A stretch of 63,973 bases of DNA, filler included, from Actinomycetota bacterium (GCA_046725875.1; 5 parts of 5 records of this genome joined end to end with filler, not necessarily neighbours in it), one strand, 5' to 3'. Counted from the first letter of the whole stretch, positions 1 through 10,533 are shown. Numbers and translations: made by a program. The notes: generated from the sequence alone by a model not told the origin.

Positions 1-171
1 GTGTCCCGGGCCCAGCTCATGCGTGAGGTCTGGGGTGCGCCGTGGCCAAGCTCGACAAAGACCCTGGACATGCACATGACCTGGCTGCGCCGTAAGCTCG
101 GCGATGATCCGGTCCACTCGCACTACATCACAACCGTCCGCGGTGTCGGCTTCAGATTCGAGCCGGAGTAG
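1..171 (+). CDS. OmpR/PhoB-family response regulator, C-terminal winged helix (5' partial)
   Basis: Frame +1 reads VSRAQLMREVWG..TKTLDMHMTWLRRKLGDD..YITTVRGVGFRFEPE*; lies directly upstream of a kinase. Confidence 0.9.
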   Translation: MSRAQLMREVWGAPWPSSTKTLDMHMTWLRRKLGDDPVHSHYITTVRGVGFRFEPE

Positions 172-174
172 CCG

Positions 175-1593
175 ATGCGTCGCCGACTAGTGATCTCAAC
201 CCTCGCGGTGGCGGTCTTCGTCGTCACGGTCTTTGCACTGCCTCTCGGTTTCCTCGAGGCGAATTGGATCCGGCAGCGAGCCGAAGACAACCTCCGCTCC
301 GAGGCTCAGCGGATTCTCGCCGCGGTAGAGTCCCAGCCGGTCGCCGACGTGAACCAAGCGTTCGTGCAGACGCTCGTGCCCAAGGACGCATACGTGGTCG
401 TCGAAGGTAGGAACATCAGGAACCGGGTGGCCGTCGACATGCTGGGCAGCCCCGGACGCCGGGAACCGCGGCCGGTCGGGCTGAGCCGCCAGATCCCGGT
501 GGGCGATGTGGTCAACCAGGCCGACACGTTTGTCTACACCCTCGACCACGCCCTGACCGGCTTCTCCGTGACCGTGATGCGGCCGCGCGATCCGGTCGAG
601 AGTGACGTGCGGCGCTCTTGGGTGCTGATCGGAGCTGGAGCGGTCCTTGCCGTCGCTGCCGCGGCCGGGCTGGCGTGGCTGGTGGCACGCCGGCTCACCC
701 GCCCGCTGACCGAGCTCGCCGAATCCGCTGAGCTGCTCGGTGCCGGTGACCTGCGCCGCCAGCATCGCCGCTACGGCCTGCCGGAGCTGGATCGCGTCGC
801 CAGCGTCCTGGATGACAGTGCGGTGCGGATCTCGCGGATGCTAGCGGCCGAGCGACAGTTCGCGGCCAACGCGTCGCACCAGCTCAGAACCCCGCTAACC
901 GCGCTGTCCATGCGGGTGGAGGAGATGGCACAGGCCGCGGACCTCGAAATGGTACGTGAGGAGGCAGGCGTCGCGCTGACCCAAATCGAGCGGTTGACCG
1001 GGGTGGTGAGCGACCTGCTGGAGGACGGTCGCCGGCGCGATGACACCTCCGCCGTGCGGCTGCCGGTCGACTCGGCGATCGCGCAGCAGGTGGAGGAATG
1101 GCGCGTCTCCTTCGCCCACGCCGAACGCGAGCTTGTCGTAACGGGCAGGCCTGGATTGGTCGTATCGGCGACACCCGGCCGGCTCGCGCAGGCGCTTGCC
1201 GTCCTCCTGGAGAATGCCCTGATCCACGGCGCCGGAACGGTCACCGTCACCACCCGGGCGGTCGGTCGGAAGGTCATCGTTGAGGTGGCCGACGAAGGCA
1301 AGGGAATCCCAGAGTCGATCGCTCCACGGCTCTTCGAGCGGGCCGTGAGCGGTGGCCGCAGCACTGGCCTCGGGCTGTCACTTGCTCGCCAGCTCGTCGA
1401 GGCGGATGGTGGCCGGCTCGAGGTCACGCAGTACACCCCGCCGGTCTTCGCGCTATTCCTGCCCAGGGTCTACGACGACCTGAACGGCAAGCCACCTGCT
1501 CGTGACGCCACATCCGCGCGCCCGGCGAAGCCGCGCGCGGCGACGTTCACGCCTCGGCCGCCAGTGCGGAAGCGGCCGGTTAGTCCAGGCTGA
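175..1593 (+). CDS. HAMP-domain sensor histidine kinase
   Basis: Two TM segments, HAMP, H-box ASHQLRTPLT, N-box ENALIHG, G-boxes DEGKGI and TGLGLSL. Confidence 0.95.
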   Translation: MRRRLVISTLAVAVFVVTVFALPLGFLEANWIRQRAEDNLRSEAQRILAAVESQPVADVNQAFVQTLVPKDAYVVVEGRNIRNRVAVDMLGSPGRREPRPVGLSRQIPVGDVVNQADTFVYTLDHALTGFSVTVMRPRDPVESDVRRSWVLIGAGAVLAVAAAAGLAWLVARRLTRPLTELAESAELLGAGDLRRQHRRYGLPELDRVASVLDDSAVRISRMLAAERQFAANASHQLRTPLTALSMRVEEMAQAADLEMVREEAGVALTQIERLTGVVSDLLEDGRRRDDTSAVRLPVDSAIAQQVEEWRVSFAHAERELVVTGRPGLVVSATPGRLAQALAVLLENALIHGAGTVTVTTRAVGRKVIVEVADEGKGIPESIAPRLFERAVSGGRSTGLGLSLARQLVEADGGRLEVTQYTPPVFALFLPRVYDDLNGKPPARDATSARPAKPRAATFTPRPPVRKRPVSPG

Positions 1594-2164
1594 TTCGGTC
1601 CAGCTTCGTGACCGAGGGCTGGCCGGGGATGCGTGCCGGCTGATCCGCGGGCAGGTTCGGCGCACGAGCGGCCCCGCTCGCTGTCCCGGGCATATCGACC
1701 GCACGGAACACCCACTTCCGGTAGGACCAGAACCGGAAGAGCGTGCCGAGGCCGGTGCCGATGATATTTCCGGCAACGTTGTCGGCCAGCAGGGAGGTGA
1801 ACCCGAGGACGTAGTGGCTGATTGCCAGGCAGCCGACGGCGATCAGCAGGCCCACGAAGTTGAGGAAGAAGAAGAGTGCCAGGCCGCGCGCGAGGCCGGG
1901 ATCTGACCGGTGGCGGAAGGTCCAGAAACGGTTGCCAAAGAAGGCGAAGAGGGTGGCGAATGCGACCGACAGGCCCTTGGCGGTCAGGGGCCGGTCGTCG
2001 AGTGCCTCGGTTTGGCGCAGCAGGTTGTTCACGCCGGCGTCGATGAGATAGGCGGCGGTGCCGACCACGCCGAACTTCATAAGTTCGCGGATGAGGTGGT
2101 CCAGCCCGTAGTACGGCGCGAGCAGGAGGCGCCATACCTTGCTCGCCGACGCGACAACAGCCAC
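1580..2164 (-). CDS. GtrA-family membrane protein
   Basis: KFGVVG..NRFWTF..FRFWSYRKWVF motifs; GTG start chosen after a TACGCT -10-like box. Confidence 0.85.
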   Translation of the reverse strand: MAVVASASKVWRLLLAPYYGLDHLIRELMKFGVVGTAAYLIDAGVNNLLRQTEALDDRPLTAKGLSVAFATLFAFFGNRFWTFRHRSDPGLARGLALFFFLNFVGLLIAVGCLAISHYVLGFTSLLADNVAGNIIGTGLGTLFRFWSYRKWVFRAVDMPGTASGAARAPNLPADQPARIPGQPSVTKLDRISLD

Positions 2165-2436
2165 CGGAGCAGCGTACGGCACGCCACGAAGTCCATGCTC
2201 GCCAATGGACCCCACCCGGTTGGCTGATCGCCGTAGGTCCGCGGCGATCCCGCGTCTCGGTCTGGAGCCGTAGGCGTGCCTTGAAGCTGGTCGTCGCATA
2301 TTTAGTCCTCGCTGGATGGGTCGCCGCTCACATTGGCAGGCGTCCAGTGGGCATGCCTCTAGGCGGACGTCCCACGTCCGGTGTTACAGTCGTACGCTGG
2401 AAGCGCAGAGAAGTGTCACAAAAGCGGGGAGATTCG

Positions 2437-3573
2437 GTGCTCGACTATCGGCTCGACGACGAGCACGAGACTTTGCGGAAGACGGTTGCGGAGTTCGCCC
2501 ACGAGGTCGTAGCGCCGGTCATCGGCGACTACTGCGAGCGGACCGAGTTCCCGTACCCGATCATCCGGCAAATGGGGGAGATGGGCCTGTTTGGGCTGCC
2601 ATTCCCCGAGGAGTACGGGGGGATGGGCGGAGACTACTTCGCTCTCTGCCTAGCAATCGAGGAGCTGGCCAGGGTCGACTCGTCGGTCGCGATCACTCTT
2701 GAGGCGGCGGTGTCCCTCGGCGCGATGCCGATCTTCCGCTACGGCACCGAGGAGCAGAAGCGGACCTGGCTGCCACGGCTGTGCACCGGCGAAATGCTCG
2801 CTGCCTTCGGGCTGACCGAGCCGAGCAGCGGCTCCGACGCGGGCGCGCTGCGGACGACCGCCAGGCTTGACGGCGACGAGTGGGTCATCAACGGCACCAA
2901 GGCCTTCATCACGAACTCCGGTACAGAGATCACGGGCCTGGTCACGGTCGCTGCCATGACGGGCGAGCGGGAGACGGCGACGATCATCGTTCCGGCCGGC
3001 ACGCCCGGGTTCACCGTCTCGAAGAAGTACTCAAAGGTCGGCTGGAGTGCATCGGACACCCGCGAGCTGTCCTTTTCCGATTGCCGGGTCCCGCGCGAGA
3101 ACCTGCTCGGTGCGGCCGGCCGGGGCTACGCACAGTTCCTGAGCACGCTGGACGAGGGCCGGATCGCCATTGCGGCGCTCGCGACCGGCCTCGCCCAAGG
3201 CTGTGTCGACGAGTCGGTCTCGTATGCCAAGCAGCGGCCCGCCTTCGGCCATCCGATCGGTGACTTCCAGGCGATCCAGTTCAAGATCGCCGACATGGAG
3301 ATGCGCGCCCACACCTCGCGGCTCGCCTGGTATCGAGCGGCGGAGCTGCTGCAACGCGGCGCGCCGTATAAGCGCGCGGCGGCCATCGCCAAGCTCTACG
3401 GATCCGAGTCGGCCGTGGCAAATGCCCGTGAGGCCACGCAGGTCCACGGCGGGTACGGCTTCATGAATGAGTTCCCGGTGGCCCGGATGTGGCGGGACGC
3501 CAAGGTCCTCGAGATCGGGGAGGGGACGTCCGAGGTCCAGCGCATCCTCATCGCCCGCGACCTCGGCCTCTAG
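2437..3573 (+). CDS. Acyl-CoA dehydrogenase
   Basis: FGLTEPSSGSD, NGTKAFITN, QVHGGYG and EIGEGTSEVQR motifs. Confidence 0.95.
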   Translation: MLDYRLDDEHETLRKTVAEFAHEVVAPVIGDYCERTEFPYPIIRQMGEMGLFGLPFPEEYGGMGGDYFALCLAIEELARVDSSVAITLEAAVSLGAMPIFRYGTEEQKRTWLPRLCTGEMLAAFGLTEPSSGSDAGALRTTARLDGDEWVINGTKAFITNSGTEITGLVTVAAMTGERETATIIVPAGTPGFTVSKKYSKVGWSASDTRELSFSDCRVPRENLLGAAGRGYAQFLSTLDEGRIAIAALATGLAQGCVDESVSYAKQRPAFGHPIGDFQAIQFKIADMEMRAHTSRLAWYRAAELLQRGAPYKRAAAIAKLYGSESAVANAREATQVHGGYGFMNEFPVARMWRDAKVLEIGEGTSEVQRILIARDLGL

Positions 3574-3756
3574 GCTTGCATCCCACGAAGTTTGATCGCT
3601 TTGCTCCAAAGTTCGCGGGAGCCGCGCCCCGATGGCTGAGGGTGCTGCCCAGACCTGCCGTGGGCAGTCGTCGATGATGCTTTCGGCGCGGGGGACCCCA
3701 GCGAGCGGCTAGGCGTGTCACAACCGGATGCGTCTCGGGTGGATATGGTCTGGGCT

Positions 3757-4917
3757 GTGGGTTTCCCGGTGGTCGGCGTCGTCGGAGGCGGCCAGCTCGC
3801 CCGGATGATGCAGGTGGCGGCGATCCCGCTCGGTGTCCGGCTTAAGCTGCTCGCCGACCGCCCCGATGACTCAGCAGCACAAGTAATCCCAGCGGTCACT
3901 GTCGGCGACTACCGCGATCTGGACGCGCTCGTGGCGTTCGCCACCGGCTGCGATGTCGTGACCTTCGACCACGAGCATGTACCGACCGACCACGTCAGGG
4001 CGCTGGCAAGCCGGGGCATCGCAGTACATCCCAGCGCCGACGCGCTCGTCTACGCCCAGGACAAGATCGAGATGCGGCGCCGGCTGAGCGCCGCGGGGCT
4101 GCCCTCCCCAGCCTGGCGTTCGGTCCACACTGCCGACGATGTCGTGGCGCTCGGCGACGAGGTCGGTTGGCCGGTCGTGATCAAAGCGCCGCGCGGCGGC
4201 TACGACGGGAAGGGTGTTTGGGTGGTCCGGTCCGCCGAGGAGGCGGCAGGGGTCGCGGACAACTATGCGACGGGGGAGGCTCCACTGCTCGCCGAGGAGC
4301 ATGTTGACTTCGAGCGAGAACTCGCGGTCCTGGTCGCCCGGTCTCCCTATGGGCAGGCCGCCGCCTACGCGGTCGTACAGACGGTCCAGGCGGACGGCGT
4401 CTGCCGTGATGTGATCGCACCAGCACCCGGCCTGCGGTCGGCTCCGGCGGAGCTCGCCCAGGAGGTTGGGCTGAAGATTGCTGGGGAGCTCGATGTTACC
4501 GGCGTCCTCGCGGTCGAGATGTTCCAGATCGCCGACAGCGTCGTCGTGAACGAGCTCGCGATGCGGCCGCACAACTCCGGCCACTGGACCATCGATGGGG
4601 CGGTGACGGGTCAGTTCGAGCAGCATCTGCGAGCAATCCTCAACCTGCCGCTTGGTTCACCCGCTGCGCGAGCGCCGTACACGGTCATGGCGAACGTGCT
4701 TGGGCGGCTGGACGACCGTGGCCGGCCGGTCGACCCGTACCCCAGATTCGTCCATTGCCAGGCGCGCGACCCCGGTCTACGCATCCATATGTACGGCAAG
4801 GAGGTTCGCGCCGGTCGCAAGATCGGACACGTCACGGTGTGCGGCGACGATCTCGACGAGCTGCGTGAACGGTCGACGCACGCCGCGGCCTACCTATCTG
4901 GGGCGATCGATGGCTGA
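3757..4917 (+). CDS. purK: N5-CAIR synthase
   Basis: [40 protein letters not shown]; upstream of purE; start approximate. Confidence 0.95.
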   Translation: MGFPVVGVVGGGQLARMMQVAAIPLGVRLKLLADRPDDSAAQVIPAVTVGDYRDLDALVAFATGCDVVTFDHEHVPTDHVRALASRGIAVHPSADALVYAQDKIEMRRRLSAAGLPSPAWRSVHTADDVVALGDEVGWPVVIKAPRGGYDGKGVWVVRSAEEAAGVADNYATGEAPLLAEEHVDFERELAVLVARSPYGQAAAYAVVQTVQADGVCRDVIAPAPGLRSAPAELAQEVGLKIAGELDVTGVLAVEMFQIADSVVVNELAMRPHNSGHWTIDGAVTGQFEQHLRAILNLPLGSPAARAPYTVMANVLGRLDDRGRPVDPYPRFVHCQARDPGLRIHMYGKEVRAGRKIGHVTVCGDDLDELRERSTHAAAYLSGAIDG

Positions 4918-5413
4918 AGCCTCGAATGCTTTGGTCGGCGTCGTGATGGGCTCCGACTCCGACTGGCCGGTGATGCAGGCAGCCACGGCCGCGCTCGACG
5001 AGTTCGATGTCCCGCATGAGGCTCGGGTTATCTCCGCTCACCGCATGCCCAAGGAGATGATCGAGTACGGCGAGACGGCCGCGGCGCGCGGCCTGCACGT
5101 GATCATCGCGGGGGCCGGAGGTGCGGCGCACCTCCCAGGAATGCTCGCCGCGGTCACACCGCTGCCGGTCATCGGTGTCCCGGTGCCGTTGCAGCAGCTC
5201 GGCGGCCTCGACTCACTGCTGTCGATCGTCCAGATGCCGGCCGGTGTGCCGGTTGCGACGGTGGCGATCGGGAACGGGCGGAACGCTGGGCTCCTTGCGG
5301 TCCGCATTCTCGCGGCCGCGGACGGCCGTCTACGCGCCCGGGTTGCCGCCTTCCAGCAGGCGCTCAACGCCGCGGCAAAGCAGAAGGGCGACCGGCTCAG
5401 GACAGGTCCGTAA
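4910..5413 (+). CDS. purE: N5-CAIR mutase
   Basis: [27 protein letters not shown] motifs. Confidence 0.97.
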   Translation: MAEASNALVGVVMGSDSDWPVMQAATAALDEFDVPHEARVISAHRMPKEMIEYGETAAARGLHVIIAGAGGAAHLPGMLAAVTPLPVIGVPVPLQQLGGLDSLLSIVQMPAGVPVATVAIGNGRNAGLLAVRILAAADGRLRARVAAFQQALNAAAKQKGDRLRTGP

Positions 5414-5459
5414 TCGGCCGGCACGGGCCCGCGCCGCAGTTGCCGGAGCGCGGGCGGTA

Positions 5460-6779
5460 TTAGGGGCGGCCGAGCGCCCGATAGGCCCATCCGGCGGCAC
5501 GCCAAGCGGCCGGATCTAGCACGTTTCGGCCGTCGACGATGTGCCGACGGGACACGACCTCCCCGAGCGCCACCGGGTCGAGGTCGCGAAACTCACGCCA
5601 CTCCGTGAGGTGCAGGACAAGATCAGCAGCATGGCACGCCTCCATCGTTGAGTCCGCGTAGGAGAGGCCGGGGAAGGCCTTGCGCGCGTTGTCCATCGCC
5701 TTCGGGTCGTAGACAGTGACGTCCGCGCCCTGCAGCTGGATCTGGGCCGCCACGTTCAGGGCGGGCGAGTCGCGGATGTCATCGGAGTTCGGCTTGAAGG
5801 CCGCACCGAGTACGGCAACCCGCTGCCCGAGGAAGGACCCGCCGCACTGGTCTCGTGCCAAGTCCACCATGCGGGCCCGCCGACGCATGTTGATCGCGTC
5901 GACCTCGCGAAGGAATGTGAGCGCCTGGTCGGCCCCGAGCTCCCCGGCGCGAGCCATGAACGCCCGAATATCCTTCGGCAGGCACCCGCCGCCGAATCCG
6001 AGCCCGGCCCTGAGGAAGCGGCCGCCGATTCGATCGTCGTAGGACAGCGCGTTCGCGAGCTGGGTGACGTCGGCCCCAGCCGACTCGCATACCTCGGCCA
6101 TGGCGTTGATGAAGGAGATCTTGGTCGCAAGGAAAGCGTTGGCGGATGCCTTCACCAGCTCGGCAGTTGCGAAATCGGTCGCTAGGAACGGCACCCCCGC
6201 CTCGAGAAGCGGTGCATAGACGGCGCGCAGCGTGGCCTCGGCCCGGTCGGAGGCCACGCCCGCCACAATGCGGTCCGGCCGGAGGGTGTCCTCGACTGCG
6301 AAGCCCTCCCGGAGGAATTCCGGGTTCCATGCCAGCTCGGCCGCCTTTCCCGCTGGAGCGAGCATGGCCAGCCGGCTGGCGAGGCGGGCGGCGGTCCCCA
6401 CCGGCACGGTGGACTTTCCGACGACCAGGCATTCCCGCCGAAGGAGCGGCGCCAACCCCTCCACGACCCCGTCGACGTAGCGCAGGTCGGCGGCGTACTC
6501 GCCCTTCCGCTGCGGGGTTCCGACACAGAGGAAGTGGACCTCGCCGAAGTCCGCGACCTCCTCGTAGGACTCCGTGAAGCGCAGCCGGCCGGTGGCGAGA
6601 TGCTTCGTGACCATCTCGGCCAGTCCCGGCTCGAAGAACGGGATCTCACCGCGGCTGAGCGCCGCCACCTTTTCCGCGTCGATGTCCATGCCGAGGACCT
6701 CGAAGCCAAGCTCGGCCATACAAGCTGCGTGCGTCGCCCCCAGGTAGCCCGTGCCGAGCACGGTGATGCGGTAAGCCAC
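5460..6779 (-). CDS. ugd: UDP-glucose/GDP-mannose dehydrogenase family protein
   Basis: GTGYLG, PEFLREG, GFGGGCLPKD, FKPNSDDIRDSP. Confidence 0.93.
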   Translation of the reverse strand: MAYRITVLGTGYLGATHAACMAELGFEVLGMDIDAEKVAALSRGEIPFFEPGLAEMVTKHLATGRLRFTESYEEVADFGEVHFLCVGTPQRKGEYAADLRYVDGVVEGLAPLLRRECLVVGKSTVPVGTAARLASRLAMLAPAGKAAELAWNPEFLREGFAVEDTLRPDRIVAGVASDRAEATLRAVYAPLLEAGVPFLATDFATAELVKASANAFLATKISFINAMAEVCESAGADVTQLANALSYDDRIGGRFLRAGLGFGGGCLPKDIRAFMARAGELGADQALTFLREVDAINMRRRARMVDLARDQCGGSFLGQRVAVLGAAFKPNSDDIRDSPALNVAAQIQLQGADVTVYDPKAMDNARKAFPGLSYADSTMEACHAADLVLHLTEWREFRDLDPVALGEVVSRRHIVDGRNVLDPAAWRAAGWAYRALGRP

Positions 6780-6974
6780 GCGATCTCCAAGTCAGTAACG
6801 AATAGTGCGCGATGCGTCACCGAACGGATAGCCCGCTCGACCAGGAGGCCTCTGATTTACTCGCCCTCGGCGCGGCGCCTCGTCACCCTCCTTGTGAGGC
6901 GGCATCGTACCGTCCGGCCGTGCGCGTGACACGTTGCCGCGTCATCGACGGTCATCCGTCATAGCATCGAGGCC

Positions 6975-8171
6975 GTGACCGACTTCCCGTTCTTTGCCCT
7001 TTCCGACGAGCATGCGATGCTCAGGGACACGGTACGGGAGATCGCGGACGACAAGATCGCGCCACACGCCGCGCAGGTGGATGCCGAGTCCGCTTTCCCG
7101 CAGGCTGCTTACGACACTCTGCGGGCAGCCGACCTGCACGCTCCCCACATCCCCGAGGAGTACGGCGGGGCAGGCGCCGACGCCCTAGCCACCTGCATCG
7201 TGATCGAAGAGGTCGCCCGGGCGTGCGCGTCAACCTCTCTCATCCCGGCGGTGAACAAGCTCGGGACGATGCCGCTCCTGCTGGTGGGGTCGGCAGAGAT
7301 TAAGCAGCGATACCTTCCACCCGTGGCCGCCGGCGAGGCGATGTTCTCGTACGCCCTGTCCGAGCCGGAGGCCGGGAGCGACGCAGCATCGATGCGCAGC
7401 AGGGCAACTCCGGACGGCGACGGCTGGGTCCTCGACGGGGTGAAGCGCTGGATCACAAACGCAGGGGAGTCGCAGTTCTATACGGTCCTCGCCGTCACCG
7501 ATCCGGATGCGGAAGCGGGCGGCATCTCCGCCTTTGTCGTGGAGAAGGACGATCCCGGGGTGTCGTTCGGCTCGCCCGAGAAGAAGCTCGGGATCAAGGG
7601 CTCGCCGACCAGGGAGGTCTATCTCGACAATGTGCGCCTGCCGAGTGACCGCATGATCGGTGAGCCGGGCACCGGCTTCAAGACCGCGCTGCGCACACTC
7701 GACCACACCCGGGTGACGATTGCCGCCCAGGCCGTAGGCATCGCGCAGGGCGGACTCGACGTGGCTTTGGGGTACGTCAAGGAGCGCAAGCAGTTCGGCC
7801 GCGCGATCGCCGACTTTCAGAGCGTGCAGTTCATGCTCGCCGACATGGGCATGAAGCTGGAGGCGGCCCGTCAGCTCACTTACGTAGCCGCGGCCAAGTC
7901 CGAGCGGGTAGCGAACCCGCCGCCGCGGCCAACCGCGTCCGTTGAGCCCACCGGAGACCTCACCTTCTTCGGTGCCGCGGCAAAGTGCTTCGCGTCCGAC
8001 GTCGCTATGGAGATCACCACTGACGCCGTACAGCTTCTCGGTGGCTATGGCTACGTCAAGGACTATCCGGTCGAGCGCATGATGCGAGATGCGAAGATCA
8101 CCCAGATCTACGAGGGAACGAACCAGATCCAGCGCCTGGTCATGGCCCGCCAGCTCCTCGGCGCCCTTTGA
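6975..8171 (+). CDS. Acyl-CoA dehydrogenase
   Basis: YALSEPEAGSD, QLLGGYG, QIYEGTNQIQR. Confidence 0.95.
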   Translation: MTDFPFFALSDEHAMLRDTVREIADDKIAPHAAQVDAESAFPQAAYDTLRAADLHAPHIPEEYGGAGADALATCIVIEEVARACASTSLIPAVNKLGTMPLLLVGSAEIKQRYLPPVAAGEAMFSYALSEPEAGSDAASMRSRATPDGDGWVLDGVKRWITNAGESQFYTVLAVTDPDAEAGGISAFVVEKDDPGVSFGSPEKKLGIKGSPTREVYLDNVRLPSDRMIGEPGTGFKTALRTLDHTRVTIAAQAVGIAQGGLDVALGYVKERKQFGRAIADFQSVQFMLADMGMKLEAARQLTYVAAAKSERVANPPPRPTASVEPTGDLTFFGAAAKCFASDVAMEITTDAVQLLGGYGYVKDYPVERMMRDAKITQIYEGTNQIQRLVMARQLLGAL

Positions 8172-8561
8172 TCTCCTCGCTCGACGGCGCTGCTTTTTGA
8201 TGCCCCTTCACTCCCCGCCGGCCATTCCGTCCAGCAGGTTGAACGACGTGAGCGTCTCGCCGGCAGCCGAGATGGACCTCGCCACGCGGTCCGTCCAGAG
8301 CCGACTCATCGCGATGGCAATGAGCTTGTCCACGGTCAAGGGTAGATCGTCGCGGGCGGCCGGGAAGGTCTTCCCGTTGCCCGACGTGTAGTCCGGGATC
8401 GCGCTCGTTTCAGAGACGGCCGCCGACCCACTCATCCGTTCTGACGCCTTGCTCCCTTGCCGACGTCACACATTGGGCCATTGCGCGAGCCGCGATCGAG
8501 CGATGGCATCTCTGCAGCGCTGAAGCAGTTTTCTTGATCAAGCTGTGGCAGTGCTGCATCA

Positions 8562-8661
8562 NNNNNNNNNNNNNNNNNNNNNNNNNNNNNNNNNNNNNNN
8601 NNNNNTTAATTAATTAANNNNNNNNNNNNNNNNNNNNNNNNNNNNNNNNNNNNNNNNNNNN
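8562..8661. other. Artificial contig linker
   Basis: 100-nt N run containing TTAATTAATTAA (stops in all six frames). Confidence 0.98.
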
Positions 8662-8878
8662 TCGCCTGCCCGGGAGCGATCGAGCGCCGTTGCGTCGTCC
8701 GTCGCGGGCTCCTCCCGCTCGGGCGGCCGCCGCTAAGGATGTACGGGCCGGCAGCGGTCGCGGTTCCAGTCAGGAGATTTCTGGCGAAACCATACCGGCG
8801 CGACGCGCTGTCGGCATGCGGCGTGGAGCGGGCGCGGGTTGCCGTGTACGACCCGCGATCGAGCGCTCAATTCGAAAG

Positions 8879-9133
8879 CGACCTGTCAGAACCCCATGCA
8901 GATCGGCAACCTGTCAGTCATCAAGGTCGTTATGACGCCCTCGCCATCTGACAACTCCACTCGATTGGTGTCGTGATCAGGACTGGTCAGACACCCGGGC
9001 CGTTCTGGTGCGGCCAGCGTCTGACGGGTGCGCTTCGTGGCTGGCTTAGCACGTGATTGTCAGACGACTAGGTCGCCATGACGACCTGGCTGGCGGACAA
9101 CTTGGCGATCTTGCCTGGATCTCTGGCAGATCG
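8879..9133. repeat. ~255-bp imperfect palindrome (long hairpin)
   Basis: Nested inverted arms: cgacctgtcaga/tctggcagatcg, aggtcgttatg/catgacgacct, tctgacaa/ttgtcaga, gtcagac/gtctgac, ggccg/cggcc. Confidence 0.65.
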
Positions 9134-9198
9134 ACCGATCGGTCCCCGAATTCTGCTTTGGGCGGCCACCGGACCGGCTGCTAGCATCGACGCGCTAC

Positions 9199-9271
9199 GC
9201 GCCGCTAGCTCAACTGGCAGAGCAGCGGACTCTTAATCCGCGGGTTCAGGGTTCGAGTCCCTGGCGGCGTA
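9199..9271 (+). tRNA. tRNA-Lys(CTT)
   Basis: Cloverleaf GCGCCGCTAGCTCAACTGGCAGAGCAGCGGACTCTTAATCCGCGGGTTCAGGGTTCGAGTCCCTGGCGGCGTA; anticodon CTT; CCA not encoded. Confidence 0.96.
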
Positions 9272-9316
9272 CCCTCCGACCAGCTAGTCCCTTGATCGTC
9301 ACCCCCTACGGGGAGC
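9240..9316 (+). repeat. att-like direct repeat, copy 1
   Basis: gcgggttcagggttcgagtccctggcggcgtaccctccgaccagctagtcccttgatcgtcaccccctacggggagc. Confidence 0.92.
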
Positions 9317-9590
9317 TTGGGTGTGCGCGAGGTGTGCCCCTTAGTCGCGGTCCAGTCCTCGGCGGTCTCGGTGGCGGGCTCTGGTGTGCCCCGGTGTGCC
9401 CTGGGGACGAGCGCGGAGGCTGCCTCCGCGGCGGCCTTCCCGACGCCCTCGAGAGATGTGAGTACGTGTCCGCGGTGATTGCGATCGAGCCGTGCCCGAG
9501 GATCTTGGACACCACGGCGATGTCGGTCCCGGCAGCGAGCAGCAGGGAGGCGCGGCCGTGGCGGAGATCATGCAGCCGGACTCGCCGCAC
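9306..9590 (-). pseudogene. Tyrosine integrase C-terminal remnant
   Basis: RLHDLRHGRASLLLAAGTDIAVVSKILGHGSIAITADTYSHL (HxxR, LGH, catalytic Tyr); N-terminal part absent. Confidence 0.88.
9320..9401 (+). repeat. GGTGTGCCC repeats, putative integrase arm-type sites
   Basis: Copies at 9320 (1 mismatch), 9331, 9383 and 9393, forming two tandem pairs 10-11 bp apart. Confidence 0.55.
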
Positions 9591-9599
9591 CCCGGCGGC

Positions 9600-9893
9600 G
9601 TCGCCGAAGCGACGATCACTACATTCGGTGGCGCGGCGTGGTGGGCGCTCACGACAGTGACCACGGTCGGGTAAGGAGACGGCTACCCGGTCACCGCCGA
9701 AGGACGGGTTGTCGGCGGGGTCCTGATGGTCGTAGGCATCGCAGCGATGGGCGCAGTCACCGCCGCGATCGCGTTACGCCTCATCAACCCGCATGGCGCC
9801 AGCGCGGACGAACGCGTCCGTGAACTCGAGGCGGAGGTCGCCCGACTGTCAGCTCAGCTCGAGACGGCGCATGCTGCGGCATCGCATCACTGA
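9600..9893 (+). pseudogene. KcsA-like potassium channel remnant
   Basis: TFGGAAWWALTTVTTVG*GDGYPVTAEGRVVGGVLMVVG; TAA at 9672-9674 replaces the Y of TVGYG; 5' truncated. Confidence 0.85.
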
Positions 9894-10086
9894 CGCCGCA
9901 GCACCCATCCCGGCATGCTAGCCCGCAGATACGCGCACGCGGCTCAAGTGCCCTGAAACCCTGCGATAACCTGCGGAGTCACGCTCCGCCTCGGAACCCT
10001 TCGTCAGATTGAGGAACCCACCTGCGGGTAGACGATCCGCGGCCCAGGGGCACAAGGGTGTCCCTCAATCAGTGAAGGGGCATCTG

Positions 10087-10380
10087 ATGGACATCATCGG
10101 TGTCATCATCGCAGGCATCATCATCGGCCTGCTTGGCAAGTGGGTCGCACCTGGCGACCGGGACAACATTCCGATATGGCTCACCGTGCTATGTGGGGTT
10201 GGCGGTGTGATCGTCGGCTACTACATCGCGGCGGGACTTGGCGTGGAGGCCACCGAGGGCATCGACTGGATCCGGTGGATCATCAGCATCCTCGTTGCGG
10301 CGGTCTTCGTCATGATCGCAGCCGCCATAACAGGCCAGCGCCGCGGAAAGCTGACCGGGCGGCGCGGGAAGGCGCTCTAA
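10087..10380 (+). CDS. GlsB/YeaQ/YmgE-family (transglycosylase-associated) stress membrane protein
   Basis: IIAGIIIGLLGKWVAPGDRDNIPIWLTVLCGVGG; RBS gaagggg. Confidence 0.85.
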   Translation: MDIIGVIIAGIIIGLLGKWVAPGDRDNIPIWLTVLCGVGGVIVGYYIAAGLGVEATEGIDWIRWIISILVAAVFVMIAAAITGQRRGKLTGRRGKAL

Positions 10381-10439
10381 GAAGATCGGCGGCACCGCAG
10401 CGGCGAGGCGTCCAGGACGAGAAGGGTACAGCGGGACCC

Positions 10440-10533
10440 ATACGGACTCGCCCGAGTTCGACCAGGCCACCTACACCGATCCGGCGTACCGCGAACGGGT
10501 CGGCAAGTACCACAGGACACATACGGCTACTGA
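10440..10533 (+). pseudogene. Possible C-terminal remnant of a PRC-barrel protein
   Basis: DSPEFDQATYTDPAYRERVGKY resembles actinobacterial PRC-barrel C-termini (by eye). Confidence 0.35.

Noticed and set aside
8208..8435. 75-aa minus-strand ORF
   Set aside because: No recognisable motif; near a contig end; cannot be supported.
9199..9271. G1-U72 pair in the tRNA-Lys acceptor stem
   Set aside because: A wobble pair is tolerated and both repeat copies have the T, so it is not evidence of damage.
9672..9674. Readthrough of the K+ channel internal stop
   Set aside because: The codon is TAA at a Tyr position and the gene is 5' truncated; this is a pseudogene, not recoding.
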